Origin: Callorhinchus milii
Lineage: Eukaryota
Assembly (NCBI RefSeq): GCF_018977255.1
Contig: NW_024704743.1
Span: 92,754,001-92,818,000 of the forward strand
Reading direction: 5' to 3'
Length of the DNA stretch: 64,000 nucleotides
In this document: positions 1 through 12,867 of the stretch, in pieces
Numbering within the stretch: position 1 is the first letter of the stretch
Layout: each line of letters starts with the position of its first letter
Translations under genes and position numbers: made by a program
The notes under the pieces: generated by a model
Told to the model about the DNA's origin: nothing
Seen by the model: the letters and a program-made list of their open reading frames with translations, nothing else
Databases searched by the model: none

Positions 1-546
1 AGCTGAACAGTGGCACTGTACTGTCTTTGGGGTTCCTTGCACTGAGAAAATACAGCATTTAATTTGTAACTGGTTGATTTCCTTGCTAAGCTGAGAGTGC
101 TTTATACGATTGTTCATAACAATAATCCTTGCATTTGGAGGACATCTTAAAGCACTTCACAGTATTCCATAGGTAAAGCGGCCACCAATTTGTGCACAGT
201 GACCTCTCCCAAACAGCCATGAAGTGAGTGACCAGTTTTATCATGTAATGAGAAAAGAATGATTCCTCTCTCCTTGTTTGGAGCAGAAACTTGTATGACA
301 TGGGCTATGCATCTTCATCACCAGGAGTAGTAAAGAGATCTATCAGCCTTGGGCACAAGGGGAGAGATTCTGAATCAACCACAATTCAGCAGAGAGTTAC
401 ACCTTCAAATGTTTAAAGGTTCACAATGACCTTCACGTTATTTTTCATTTTAAGAGCCAGCAAGAGGAAAGAAGGAAAATGTAACTATGAATGATATTTA
501 AACGATCAACATAATGAATATGAGGGAAACTAATTAATTTAAGAAA

Positions 547-902
547 ATAATAATAATAATCCTTGAATTTGATATAGTGCTTTTCATGTCTTCTTGATGT
601 CTCAAAGCGCTTCACAGAATATACTGTAAAGTGAATTGACTGCATTGAAGCAGTTTTAGCAGAATTTCTCCTTGATCACGTCTATGCTTGTTCCAAGCAC
701 AAATTGCAGCCAATTGCACACAGCAGTATCCCACAAACAGTCGTGGATTGAAGTGACCAAATTATTATTGTTTGTTTTCTTGAGGGTTTATTTTCAGGCA
801 TGTGAAGTAAGGAAATTTGCCCAAGCTTTTGCCGTGCCAGGAATCAAACCCAGGTCTTTCGCTTGTGAGGTGAGTGCTCTAACCACTGAGCTCCAGGACT
901 CC
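547..902 (-). mobile_element. Full-length tRNA(Ala)-derived SINE (short form) carrying a 62-bp foreign insertion at 645-706
   Basis: The reverse complement reads GGAGTCCTGGAGCTCAGTGGTTAGAGCA (A box), then GGTTTGATTCC (B box), TTGGGCAAATTTCCTTAC, the Deu-like TTTGTGGGATACTGCTGTGTGCAATTGGCTGC, an L2-like stem-loop and a (TTA)n tail. It is colinear with the 3674-3997 copy. Confidence 0.9.
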
Positions 903-2095
903 TGATTCCACTTAGAAAACATCTTTTGGTGCTGTGATAGGAGGAGCATGCCTGGTGAGTTCCTAGGAGAGAGATCCTCCAGAAAAACATGGCCAGCCTA
1001 AGTTGGCAAATAAAAGTTTGGTTTAGAGACAAAGACCTAATTGATGAATTTGTAAAAAAGGCAGCTGGCAGATGAAGTAACCAGTCTAAACCAGGGAGAT
1101 CTATCCTGAACAACAATCCCAGAAATAGAATTGTTCATTCACTTTATGGTTGCTTGTGTGACCCTAAGTGTGTGTAAATTGGCTATTGTGTTTATCTACA
1201 AAATATGCAGTCATTACACTTTGCAGTATACTGTGCAAAGCTCTTTGAGACATCCTCCGGATGTAAAAGGCACAATGTTAAATTCAAAGATTTTTATTTT
1301 TAAATGGCTCTGGGTTGGGTTTCAGAGAGGTCAAAGACTGAGTGCATTGTGTGTAAACTCAAGAAGCATTGGCCTGCAAAAGACATACAAAACAGTGACG
1401 GACAGTGTTATGGTTTGTTTTTGTTTGGTATTTCTTGTGTAACAGAGGTCATTGGAATTAACCAGTTACGAAATTTGAAGCAGTTTTAGCAGAGTTTCTC
1501 CTCGGACAGGTCTATGCTTGTTCCAAGCACAAATTGTTTTACCCATAAATATTTAACAATTCACCCAGTCACAAAACTTTAAAACCAGTGAGGAATAGCT
1601 TTTATCTCAACTTTAATATTTAACGAATAATTAAATAAAATATTTAAATGGGGTACAAGCTCTTTAATAGACTTGCATTCAGTGAAATCATCTCTCATTA
1701 ACACAGCTGACAGCTTAAGAGTTTGAGAGCTCCAGTAGCAATATTTAAATATTATTTATATAACTTTTGCCCATATAGCTCAATAATGGAGGCAAATAAA
1801 ATTGCCAGCACTGTTCTGCACAAAACTTCAGTACAAGCCCAAAAAGTTAATTCAAACAGAGTCCCAGATCTCCAGCAGCCTCCGCTCTGCTTTAAATCAT
1901 GCCAATCATCAAATGAACATAATGAGCTTTCTTTGCTAGTGCAAGGAGAGCCATTTCTAATGAGTATTTCCTTAAAAATAACTTCATATCTTCATCAAAG
2001 GCGAGATGTTCGCGAGCTGAGTAATTTTGGTGACCTTGGTAAGCTAACAAAAATTCGTTCCAAATGGGTACCAATTGAGAATTTAACGTTAATGC

Positions 2096-2394
2096 GGAAC
2101 CTTAGTCAAGTTTCCTTACTCCACATGCCTCTGTTACCCAAGCAGTAAGCAGGAACCCGGTTATTAGTTGATTGGCAAATCGCTTTCCAGGAGTAATAAT
2201 CCCTTCCAAAGAAAAAAATGTGGTCACTCAATCCATGGAAGTGCTTATGGGTTACTGCTTGTGCAATTGGCTGCCAGTATTTATCCACAAAATATACAGT
2301 CAATTCACTTCACCGTATATTCTGTGAAGCTCTTTGAGAAGTCTGAACAACATGATGAGGTGCTATATCAAATTCAAGGATTATTACTATTATT
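2096..2394 (+). mobile_element. 5'-truncated long-form copy of the same SINE family
   Basis: CAAGTTTCCTTACTCCACATGCCTCTGTTACCCAAGCAGTAAGCAGGAACCCGG (long-form internal segment), Deu-like core, AGGATTATTA tail. Confidence 0.85.
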
Positions 2395-2644
2395 AATGAG
2401 GTGTAACATGAGATCTGTTTAGAAATTGATAATGTATTGATTAGGAATATACCTGGATATGCCCAAGGTAGATTCCCCTCCAACAATGTTCTCAATATAT
2501 CTGTGAGACCAGGCCACATACTGTTCCACCAGGTAGTGGCTTTTGATAGCCAGTTAGCAAAATAGTGTAACTATGAATATTGTTGACTGATAAATTGCTA
2601 ACCTGCTAGCAGGAAATCAAAAGCCATAAGTCAGGTCCAACAGA

Positions 2645-2945
2645 AGATCACAAGAGAGATTCAGATAACTCAGACTCTTAGCCCTGTTTGAACTTATCCT
2701 TCTAGAATACTCACACTGCTGTCTTCCCATCTGAGCAGCAAGCTGTTCCTTAAATGAGTCCAATATCCTGGCTTCAACTACCCTTCCTGGTAAACTGTTT
2801 CAGTCATTAATTATCCTCTGAGTAAAGAAATGTTCCTGGTATCTATTGTGTATTGTCCACAACACGTTTTGACTGCCAGTTTACGTTTAAACTGCTATTT
2901 TAAATCTTTCATACCTCTGTAAGGTTTCCACTCTCTTCAAGGCTG
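2645..2945 (-). mobile_element. Decayed CR1-clade LINE 3' fragment
   Basis: Resembles the CR1 3' end on the minus strand (GCTTCAACTACCCTTCCTGGTAAACTGTTTCAG...CCTCTGAGTAAAGAAA) and the better-preserved copies at 24145 and 44020. Confidence 0.55.
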
Positions 2946-3673
2946 AGGACATAATCCAAGTGTTATCGAGGGAAGGGGACTTTGTATCCAACACATTCGG
3001 GTAATTAAAATTCAATAGTTTTGTAATTTCTACATTTAAATTGTGTATTAGACCCAGGAGACGCAAGTGCTTCTGCTATTCTCAATACTCTACCCTTTAA
3101 AATTCCTGCAAATGTTGTGTTCATTAAAATGTGTGCAAGATAGTTAAGGTCTTTTTGAAGGCCATGAAGCAACAAAATAGGCAACATTTCACAATCAAGC
3201 ACACACCCTGGTGAATATATAATATAATACCAGCACAGATCTGCCTATGATGTTGATGGAAGGCAAATTTGGGTTTAGAGGAGGTGTGTGTCTGTCTGTA
3301 AGAGAGGGTAATAATAATAATAATAATAATCCTTGCTTTTGATATAGCGCTTTTCACATCTTCTAGATGTCTCAAAGCACTTCACAGAATATGCTGTAAA
3401 GTGAATTGACTGTATATTTGTGGTTTAGGGTTTTCAACAACAACAACAACAACTTGGATTTCTGTAGTGCCCTTCATGTAGAATAATACCACAGAGTGCT
3501 TCACAGTGAACATGCTGGATGATGAGTGATGGAAAAGTGGGGAAGAGGGGAAGGTGACAATAGATGTGGTTGAAGAGGTATGTTTTAAGGATTTAAATTA
3601 CAGATAGAAATAAGGAAGGGGTGGTGGGGTAGAGGGAGCAACTTTAGACAATGATACAATGTAGCTCAGTGCT

Positions 3674-3997
3674 GGAGCCCTGTAGCTCAGTGGTTAGAGC
3701 ACTCGCTTTGCAAGCGAGAGACCTGAGTTCATTTCCAGGCAGGGCGAAACCTTGGGCAAGTTTCCTTACTCCACACGCCTAATAATAATCCCTCCAAAAC
3801 CAAAAACAATAATAAATTGGTCATTTTCAATCTACGACTGTTTGTGGGACATTGCTGTGCGCAATTGGCTGCCGCGTTCGCCCACAAATATACAGTCAAT
3901 TCACTTTGCAGTGTGTTCTGTGAAGCGCTTTGGGACGTCCTCCCGACGTGAAAAGCGCTATATCAAATGCAAGGATTATTATTATTATTATTATTAT
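3674..3997 (+). mobile_element. Young full-length tRNA(Ala)-derived SINE (short form, CTCCC-loop tail)
   Basis: A box TAGCTCAGTGG, anticodon arm CTCGC-TTTGCAA-GCGAG (anticodon TGC), B-box-like GTTCATTTCC, CORE-like CCTTGGGCAAGTTTCCTTAC, Deu-like core, GCGCTTTGGGACGTCCTCCCGACGTGAAAAGCGC stem-loop, (TTA)n tail. Near-identical to 53233-53553. Confidence 0.95.
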
Positions 3998-4424
3998 AAT
4001 TTAATGCATGTGGAGAAGGAAGAAGAGGAGCAAGAGGACCCCAAGAATTCATGCAGTGTAGGGCATGACGTGGAGGTGAGAGGTTTTCTTAAGTGCATGT
4101 TGGCAAACACCTTGGATTTTCTCTGAATAAATTTAAACAGAGCAGGAACACAAAAGAAATCTTAACTAAATAGCCCAGTGGGAGCATGTGCACTGTTGTC
4201 ACATAGAGCACTTACAGAAAGTATTTCTAAAGTGACACAGGGCTTTAGATGCAGGTTGGCACAGTCATGTAACAATTTAATACACTTATACACGTTTGAG
4301 GATCACATCATAACAAAGTAAAGAATAATGTATTTTTAATGTAACATTAGGTTTAATACATTTAAATGAATACAATTTCTTAGAATTATAACCTAGAATT
4401 AAGAGAAAAAAATGACGGTATTTC

Positions 4425-6815
4425 ATAATAAAAAAAATTGGTCACTGTTTGTAGGACTGCTGTGCATAATTGGCTGCTGCATTTCACCCACAAAATATAG
4501 TCAATTCACTTTACAGTATATTCTCTGAAGTGCTTTGACACATCTCTAAGACGTGATAAATCGCTACACTGAATGCAAGGATTATTATTATTATTCCTAT
4601 TATAATGGTATAGGGATAGTAGCTTATCAGTAATGAAAAGCTCATGGCGCCACTATCCTGCCAACTGGCAGTCAAAATGTGTTGTAGAATTGTTTTGAAA
4701 CATTGCATATTTACATCCATTATTAAAAACTGGCTGGTGAACAAAACACTCCTCCCATCATGCTGAAGGCAGATGTTCACCAGATAGCTGATGAGGAAAC
4801 TCTAGGTTTGGGGCGACAGCTGCTGGAAGGCATTACCTGGAGTCCGAGTTCATGAACATGGGTTCGTACAATTACTGCTTGGAATCAGCCTTGATTGGTT
4901 TGCAGAGAGTTAAGCAAAACTGCTGCTCAAGCTTCACATTTCCAACCAATCGCTCAATGGGTAGGGATTTCTATCCCAGCTACGGGCAAGTAGATGGTGG
5001 CTATTCACTCACACATTTAGTGCTGTGCTGTGCTGCCCACTAGGACGCTCGGAGAGAGATCCTGGTGCCTGCCATTCATAAGTGAGGGTTCAAACGCATG
5101 CTTATCAGATGCCAAATGAACAACTAGTTACCAATCTTCTTAAGGAGGTAAGCAGAGTTTCCTTGGAGCTGAACTGGCACATTGCATTCCAATAAATACA
5201 GAAGGGAATTTCTCCTGGTATCTTGACCCCAAATCCCTCAAATAAAATTGGTCATTCACTCATTGGTTGTCTGTGGAACGTTGCTGTATGCGACTAGCTG
5301 CTGTGTTTCGTCCACAAAATACACGGTCAGTTCACTTTACAGTATATTCTGTGAAGTGCTTTGAGACGTCTCGAAGATGTGATAAGGCGCTATATCAAAT
5401 GCAAGGATTATTATTATTTTATATTAAAAGCAAGGATTATTATTATAGGTAATATAGGTGGGATGGATGGAACTCTCAGTTTAGTTTGGATACTCTTAAG
5501 CATGGTGATGGGTTTTGGTATGTGTCAGACACCCGGCTGACCTCCCAAAAATCAGATCCCCCTCCACCCCGATTTCAGCGTAACAGTTTACTTTATTTTA
5601 GAGTTTGAAAAAAATTGAGGCTGTTCTTTCATCCTGGAGACAACAAGAACAACAACTTGCCTTTATATAGTGCCCCTCAGGCAGTGTAGTGTCCTAGAGA
5701 GCTTGAGTGCAGTATTTATCATCATTTGAGTGCAGCACTCACAGGAACATCCAGCAAAAAAAATGAAGAAATACTCAGACATAAACATATGTGAAGTGGG
5801 GGTTGGTTGGTTGGTGGGAGAACCAAACTTAAATCCTGGATTGGGGGATTAAACCTTTACCTTTCATTCTAACTTCCTCTTGTTTATCCCGCTTTTAAAA
5901 AATATCTCTACTAACAATTTTCAAAAACCCAAAACATTTAAATAATGCTAAATATTTCAAGTTACATTTCCTACAATATATATCAGAAATTAAATTAATT
6001 ATAATTATATTTATAATTAAATTAAATTTATAAAATAAATGGCTGCCGCGTTTCGCCCACAAATATACATTCAGTTCACTTTAAAGTATATTCTGTGACA
6101 CGCATTGTGATGTCTAGAAGACGTGAAAAGCGCTATATCAAATGCAAGGATTATTATTATTATTAGACAAGGAGAGCAGAGTCACATAACTCTGGACACA
6201 TACATTTATCATTTAACCTCTTACACAATTAAAGTTATAAGTTCATCGCTGAACCCATCTACAGGAGCTGCAATTTCTGGTAAAACACAGGGTATTTCTA
6301 TGAATAATTAAGTACATATTTTGATTTATTAATATATGTTGAAGGTCTAATTCAGCGCAGAGATAGAAAAAGAAGAAAAAGCAGAGAGAAAAGGAGGATT
6401 GCGGTAAAAATTTAAATCAAGACAGGAGACAGGGAAAAGTCTCCTCTTATTAGAAGAGGAACCCAGTGAATTGCTTCTCGAATTATAGTGTAACACTGTC
6501 AGAACCAGATTGTCATACAGTGGAACGTTGTTTTGTTCTAAATTGATTCATCTCAGCTGGAGGTGAGTTGGGTGGTATACTTGCCCTAAGATTCCCTTGT
6601 TTCCCTCCAAATAATCCCTCCAAAACAAAAATAAATTGGTCATTTTCAATTCACAACTGTTTGTGGGACACTGCTGTGCACAATTGGCTGCTGCGTTTCG
6701 CCCACAAATATACAGTCAATTCACTTTACAGCATATTCTGTGAAGCGCTTTGAGACGTCTGGAAGATATGAAAAGCGCTATATCAAATCCAAGGATTATT
6801 ATTATTATTTTATTA
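4425..6815 (+). repeat. Cluster of four 5'-truncated SINE 3' halves (about 4425-4593, 5236-5447, 6040-6164, 6609-6815)
   Basis: Each contains the CACAAAATATACAGTCAATTCACTTTACAGTATATTCTGTGAAG...GCAAGGATTATTA block shared with the full-length copies. Confidence 0.85.
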
Positions 6816-8639
6816 TTGTTTAGTAAACCTAAAATCAGACAGGTTTCTGTTCCCAATTAATTTCAAGAGACCCCTGTTGTAATATATAAATGGGTAGTCT
6901 TGGCTTTGGACAAGATCAATCCGCCTCCATTGCAAACAGCTTGCAAAAACCTTTTGGTAAGACCCATGCATTCCAATGGCTGATTGCGGGAAGTACGAAA
7001 TGGCACCTCCTATCTGTGGAATTATATCCTACAAGAGGGGGAAAAGAATCCAATGCCTTCCAGGGAGAAGGAATGAGGAAAATTGGACAAGAAAGAGTGA
7101 AATCAAAATAGCAGAAGAAACCAAGACTCCATAAACTGGAGGGCAACCAGCACAAGAGTAACCCTACATTAGGAAAAGGGAAAAAANGGTAACTTGGTGG
7201 GGAAGGGAAAATAGTTTATTTCTGTTAAATATATAATTTTACTTCATGTCAGAAATTGTACAAACTGATAAAGTAACCATTGCTAATATTCAATTGATAA
7301 CTGCATTTATGGAATAGATAATTTGAAAGCAAGCACAGCATCAGTTTGACATTGAAGTTCCAACATAATATACATTGAAGGTAACATGTTTGAACTTTGT
7401 AGCTTTAATAATTGCTCAATTAAGAATGTAATAAAACTGCCTTTAATTTAAAAACATGCTGTGATTTCCCAACAGCTGAACTAATGCATGTGTGCTCAAG
7501 CAGAAGCATTAAAAGATAATCAACCATTCACCTCAAATAAGTTGGTACTGGACTATTCAACCATTTGAATTTTTAATACACATCCACATTGCATTTAAAT
7601 CCATGTTGAATCGCATAATATATAAAGTGGCCATGCAAATTCTACATGAGTTTCTTTTTTATCCTGAGTGTCCACTTGGTGAAGCCTGACAGCGCTAATG
7701 AAAATATTACTTTTATATTGTAATGACAACAAGATGGTAATGTGACATTACCATCTATATAGATCTTTAAGCATAGGATATATTCATTAACATGTCACAT
7801 TATTCATAACAAACATTCTTATTCTCATATTTGCTATGTTAAAAGAATTTAATCTGCACATGTATGAAATCGACTAACCCTGAACCCATGGGAAGCCAGT
7901 AGGCTTTAAAGAAAGCAATTTATCTGTTGATTTGTTCTCATTGAATTAATCCAAGCTTGATGTATCTATGTCATTGCATGGTCACCTCTTTAATGGATAT
8001 GTGCACAACAAATTATCTGACTTCCTCCATGTATCCCCTCAAACTTTGGACGGAGCCATTGGTGTAGAAGTTAACTGGCTATTGTTAATTTGTAGTTCAC
8101 TGATAGCACTGTTCTGACGAGAGTTAACGAAGGTTCCGGTGGTGGGTCATGTGCCTTCTCTTCATATCAGCCTTGGGGGTGACATATGCAAGATAATGTG
8201 AGTTATTCCTGAAGATGGGCAAATGCAAGAAGGGTTACTTCTTGCATTACTACCTTTGGGTAACTTTTAAGGTATGTAAAAGTTTCCCATTGTAATAGCA
8301 AAACTCCCACATTACAAGCCGGGCAAATTCCTGATATCAGGACCATTTCGTTAATGGAGAAGTGTATGAACATTCTAGGCAGCAATTAACAACTTTTGCA
8401 ATCTATTCTGCAAATAAACAAAAGCTCCCGAAAATATTTTCAAATGTTTTTCCTACTTCTGTTTGTTGTTATTTTTGTTGTTAGTTGTGTTTAAACATTA
8501 CTGGAATATGTATTTGGAATATTTGTAAATTTCTGATAATGATAATTACAAGAAGGTTATTGTAGCATTCAAAAGAGTACAACATAAAATTACAAGGATA
8601 TTTACCATGGTTGAGAAGATACAACAATCAAGAAAGATT

Positions 8640-8950
8640 GGAGAGGTTGGAATTTTTCTCTCTCGAGTTTAGATGATTGAGAACAGGCCTGATAAAGGTT
8701 TTTAAGGTTATAAAAGGAAAGGTTATCAAATAAGGTTGATTGGCTGTTTCCACTTGTAGGTGAGTCCAAAATAAGAGAACACCAATTTACGATAGGCATT
8801 AGTAAACCTAATGGGGTGTTTAGGAGAAATTTGTTCTTGTAGAGGGTAAAGCAAAAGGTGTTAATCTATTTTAGAGAAAACTCATTGCACACATGAGAGA
8901 AAGTAATAGGAGGGTTGCGGTTAGGAGTATAAGTACCAGCACAGAAGTTT
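8640..8950 (+). mobile_element. Decayed CR1 LINE, ORF2 C-terminus and 3' UTR
   Basis: CTGATAAAGGTTTTTAAGGTTATAAAAGG...CTGTTTCCACTTGTAGGTGAGTCCAAAATAAGAG...AGGAGAAATTTGTTC is typical of the CR1 ORF2 end. A related copy lies at 53905-54390. Confidence 0.65.
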
Positions 8951-9081
8951 TTTTCCCAATAAATGAATCATTCACTTTCTAATGTGTTCATTCAGTTGTT
9001 GTACTATATGCCTTTTCCTACTAGTTGTATTTAAGCATGACCGGAATATGTATTTGGGGTATTGTTTTCCACCCAAAATGA

Positions 9082-9393
9082 ATTACTTCCTCGCAAGTCA
9101 GGCAGAGAACATGGGTTCGATTCCCGGGGCAGTTCAGGTAAGGGCGAAACCGTAGACAAGTTTTCTTACTCCCCCACCACCCACACACATACGCGCACAC
9201 GCGCCTGTGTTTATGCGGATCACTTTCCGGGGTTAATAATCTCTTCAAAAAAAAGTAATTTGGTCACTCAATCCATGACTGTATGTGAGACAATACTGTG
9301 TGCAATTGGCTGGACACCCAAAAAAAACTGTAAAATGCTTTGAAGAATACACGATAAGCGCTATAACAAATTAAGGGTTATATTTATTATTAT
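9082..9393 (+). mobile_element. Degenerate long-form tRNA SINE
   Basis: CCTCGCAAG anticodon arm, GGTTCGATTCC B box, GGCGAAACC, GGATCACTTTCCGGGGTTAATAAT and a partly deleted 3' half. Confidence 0.75.
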
Positions 9394-10194
9394 TGTGTAT
9401 ATTCTGGTCACAATAATTACAATAAAGGCATATAATACAACAAACCCATTCGAAAATGAATGGCTGCTTGTGAGGCCTTGTTGTGTATTTAATGGACACT
9501 GTATTTGTCTTTAAAAAATACACTAAATTTGACAGCAATTACTTTAAAGTGCTTTCGGACATTTTGACATGATGAGGCACTTTAAAAGTGGAAATTCTTT
9601 CTTTCTTTCATAAATGATTTCTACCATGTGAAAAAATGGTAATATTAGCTTCATAAGTGATGAAAATGAAGAGAAAAATTAAATGAAAGGAAAATGAAAT
9701 ATCAGCAGCAATGATAAGTGATGAAGATGAATTGATTATAGCAATGATGAGACCTGAACAAATGAGCTTCTAAGCATTTTTAATCTTGAGAACCTGAGAA
9801 ACAATTACATTCAAAGAGAAATTGGAAAATTGGTCTTGATTTACAGGTTTGATTTAGTTCTACTCAGACCCATTTATTTTAGAGCAAGAACCAGGTTTTA
9901 AACAAAGGCGCTTTCCTCAATGAATCACAGATCTAGTGTAGTGGTAGTAAACATTAAGATGGCTTTTCCATTGTCATTCTTAATCTGCCTAATGTTGCAC
10001 TTGAAACATAATTATGAAAATCAATATAGTCAGTGAGGGTCCACAATGTGAAATGTAGCTTGACAGACTTTTAATTAAACGATGGTATAGTACCACAAAT
10101 GTGGTGACCTGCAGAAGAGATGGGGGAATAGAAACTTGCTGAATACCATCAGAGACAGAGGTAGAGAGAATGAGCAACAAAACCTGCATCAAAG

Positions 10195-11290
10195 AAGTAA
10201 CAACAACACCACCTTGCATTTATATAGCGCCTTCAAGCCAGATGGCATTCCAGAGTGCTAAACAGTGTCGGAGCCTGATGCCAACGAGGAGGGTATTTGA
10301 GTATTTGAGATGGGATGTGGCAAAGGCATTTTAGAGTGAGGTATGGATAGAGGCGGGCAATGTGGCAGAGGTGGAGGAAACTGGTCCTGGCCAGGGACTG
10401 GATGTATGATACAAAGGATAGCTGGGAATCGAACTTGACCCCTAAGTTGCGCACGGGTTCAGTGAGAGATCCGTCTTCGGGAGAGATCGAGAAGGGTGAG
10501 GAGGTCTGATCGCAGGAGAGAAGACATTGATGGGAGTCAAAGGGTATGGCTTTTGTCTTGCCAATGTTCAGGTGGAAGAAAATTGCGCACATCCAAGCCT
10601 TGACGTCTGTCAGACAAGCTGACAGAACATTTTGCCCACAAAATATACAGTCAATTCACTTTACAGTGCATTCTGTGAAGCACTTTGAGACGTCTAGAAG
10701 TTGTGAGAAGCGTTATATCAAAATGCAAGGATTATTATTATTATTACTATTATTATTAGAACATCAGCGGACTAGGAGTCTCAGCTGGAGGAAGAGAAGT
10801 AGATTGTGTGTCATCCACATACATGTGGAAGTTTACTCACGTCTGTGGATGACAACGTCAAGAGGGAGCATGTAGATGAAGAATGGAGCCTTGTGGTACT
10901 CCGCAGGTGACTGGGTGGGAGCAGGAGGAAGAATCATTGGCTGAGATGAAGAGCTGGTGATTGGTTAAGTTGGACTTGAACCATATGAGTGAAGTCCCAC
11001 TAAGGTGGATGAGGGAGGAAAGGCGATGGAGGAGGATGGCGTTGTCGACTGTATCGAATATAGTGGTGAGGTCCTGGAGGACGAGGAGGCAGAGGGAGCC
11101 CTAGTCACAGCGAGCGAAGACATCATTTGTTACTTTGATGAGCGCTGTCTCTGTGCTGTGGGCTGGGTGGAAACTGGACTGGAGGAGTTCGAGTAGGGAG
11201 TGGAGGACGAGGTGTAAGTGAATTGATTTTCAACAATGCATTCCATTGATGGAGGATGAGAGGGAGGAAGGAGAGATGGGGGCAAAGGAG
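10195..11290 (-). mobile_element. L2 LINE fragment (RT pseudogene, internally deleted), interrupted by a SINE
   Basis: ORF 10233-10592 has L2 RT C-terminal motifs (LNIGKTKAI, VRNLGVKFDSQLSF). The (CAA)n tail and 3' stem-loop lie at 10195-10260. Confidence 0.9.
10631..10757 (+). mobile_element. 5'-truncated SINE inserted in L2, with a 7-bp TSD
   Basis: SINE 3' block flanked by AGAACAT at 10624-10630 and 10758-10764. Confidence 0.9.
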
Positions 11291-12848
11291 TTTAGGTTGG
11301 AGCCTGTGAAAGGAACTGACCTGAAATTGCCCTTTAGAACTCTAAACCTATGTTCTCTTATTCTACTGTTTTACTGCATCACAAATTATTGATTTGAGTT
11401 TACTTTTCAATCCTATTTCAAATTGTATATATAATGGTGTGGGTTTCAGTTCCATAGCCAGTCTTTAGGAATGGATGGAAAAGTGCAATGTTTCAGAACA
11501 GATCGATAATACGTTTGATAATTATCAAATGTATTTAGCTCCCTATGAATTTAACCAGCCTTACACAGATATCAAATGTCATTGTCTTTCAAAAAAGGAT
11601 GCGTTAAGAAGTCTCATTGATGACTGAGGATTCTCAGTGTCATTCGATCTGTCCTAGCCTAAACTCAAGTCTTGTAACTAGCGAAATCAAGCTCCCAAGG
11701 AACTATAGTCTTTCCACCCCCTCCACTGCCACCACCACACAAACGATGTCTTTAGTAAAGGGCAAAATTGGATCAAATATGCTTAATAGAGAAAGATAGA
11801 GCAGAATGAAATACTTTTATCTACAGTAAATCTACTTCTCATCATAGTTGTTAATTACTTATTTTCTAATGTCATCCATAGATAAAGCCAATGCTTATTA
11901 ACTTCACGGTGCCCTCTACAGAGTATAAGTATTTTCCATACTTAAATAAAGCAATCTAATATCAAAGGGAGGACAATAAAACACGGGAATCTTCCTGAAA
12001 TGAGGAAATATCAAATGTAAAGATTATAATACAACAGAGTGCAAAAGATATAAGTATTAAATGTGGTTCATTTATTCTGTATAAAGGGTGAATTCTTCAT
12101 TTTTGAGGGTAAAAATTACCAAGGACCAAAACGTTATATGAAGTAATCACTGGTCTTTTGAAAAAGCAGGTATATAATATGCAGTAATTTTATAGCAAAA
12201 TCTTGATTGTTGGTATGTGTTCTTAAAGGAAGAAATAACTGAAGATACCTTCAAAATATAGTCAAAACAATATTACGTTACTGATGCAAGCCAATGCAAC
12301 AAAAACAGAGGAAGGGCAGCAAAGGTCAATGGACTGTGAAATCATCTATTTAAAGGGCAATTATGTGATGTATTTGGGCACAGGTTTGAACCAATCTGAT
12401 CAATTATTTAAATCATAATCCAATTAAACTAAATTGAATAATTTAACCAATGGGAATAACACTAGTGCTTTGTTGTCAATTCATCGCTATCATTTCTACA
12501 CTGAGGCAGATGCCCTTCATACAGTCATGACTTTCTTTCAGCTCAGGTGGAAAGTCAAGCATTTTACACAGTACAGGCACTGGCTATATTTTTTCCCACT
12601 GGATTTTATTTTATATTGACGAAAGAAAATACCGTAGTGTATTTGAGGAGGAACAAGAGTAAAAAAATGTAGTTCAAGATGAAATAAGTGTAAATATTAT
12701 ATTATGAAATATTATATTGTGGCAAAGTATATCTGGAAAATAAATATCTAACAAATATCTGAGAGACCAATGTACGCCTAAAATTTACAAAATCATAATG
12801 ATTTAAATAATGGCAAAAGTCAGGGACTGAAAAGGATACATCCACTTG

Positions 12849-12867
12849 TGCTGCCATCTGATGGCAG
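12849..12867 (-). promoter_or_regulatory. Candidate CTCF site within a perfect palindrome
   Basis: The minus strand reads CCATCAGATGGCAGCA, one mismatch to the CCASYAGRKGGCRS core. CTGCCATC-T-GATGGCAG (12851-12867) is self-complementary. Confidence 0.45.

Noticed and set aside
1723..2148. 141-aa ORF, or a possible exon ending at the GTAAG near 2039
   Set aside because: Weak acceptor, unrecognised peptide, and the 3' end runs into a SINE.
3674..3748. tRNA-Ala(TGC) gene calls at SINE heads (also 25341 and 53233)
   Set aside because: The acceptor stem does not close and each head runs into the SINE body and tail. These are SINE Pol III heads, not tRNA genes.
3752..4126. Repeated ORFs ending [12 protein letters not shown] (also 14653, 17813, 25441, 45791, 53311)
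   Set aside because: They are translations of the non-coding SINE and its (TTA)n tail, not a gene family.
4789..4800. CTGATGA-G-GAAA hammerhead-like boxes (also CTGACGA near 8114)
   Set aside because: There is no stem II between the boxes and no closing stems, so this is a chance match.
5988..6030. AT-only imperfect palindrome at a SINE 5' junction
   Set aside because: Low complexity, so the self-complementarity is not significant.
7187..7187. Single N base
   Set aside because: An assembly ambiguity. The flanks show no evidence of a larger structural problem.
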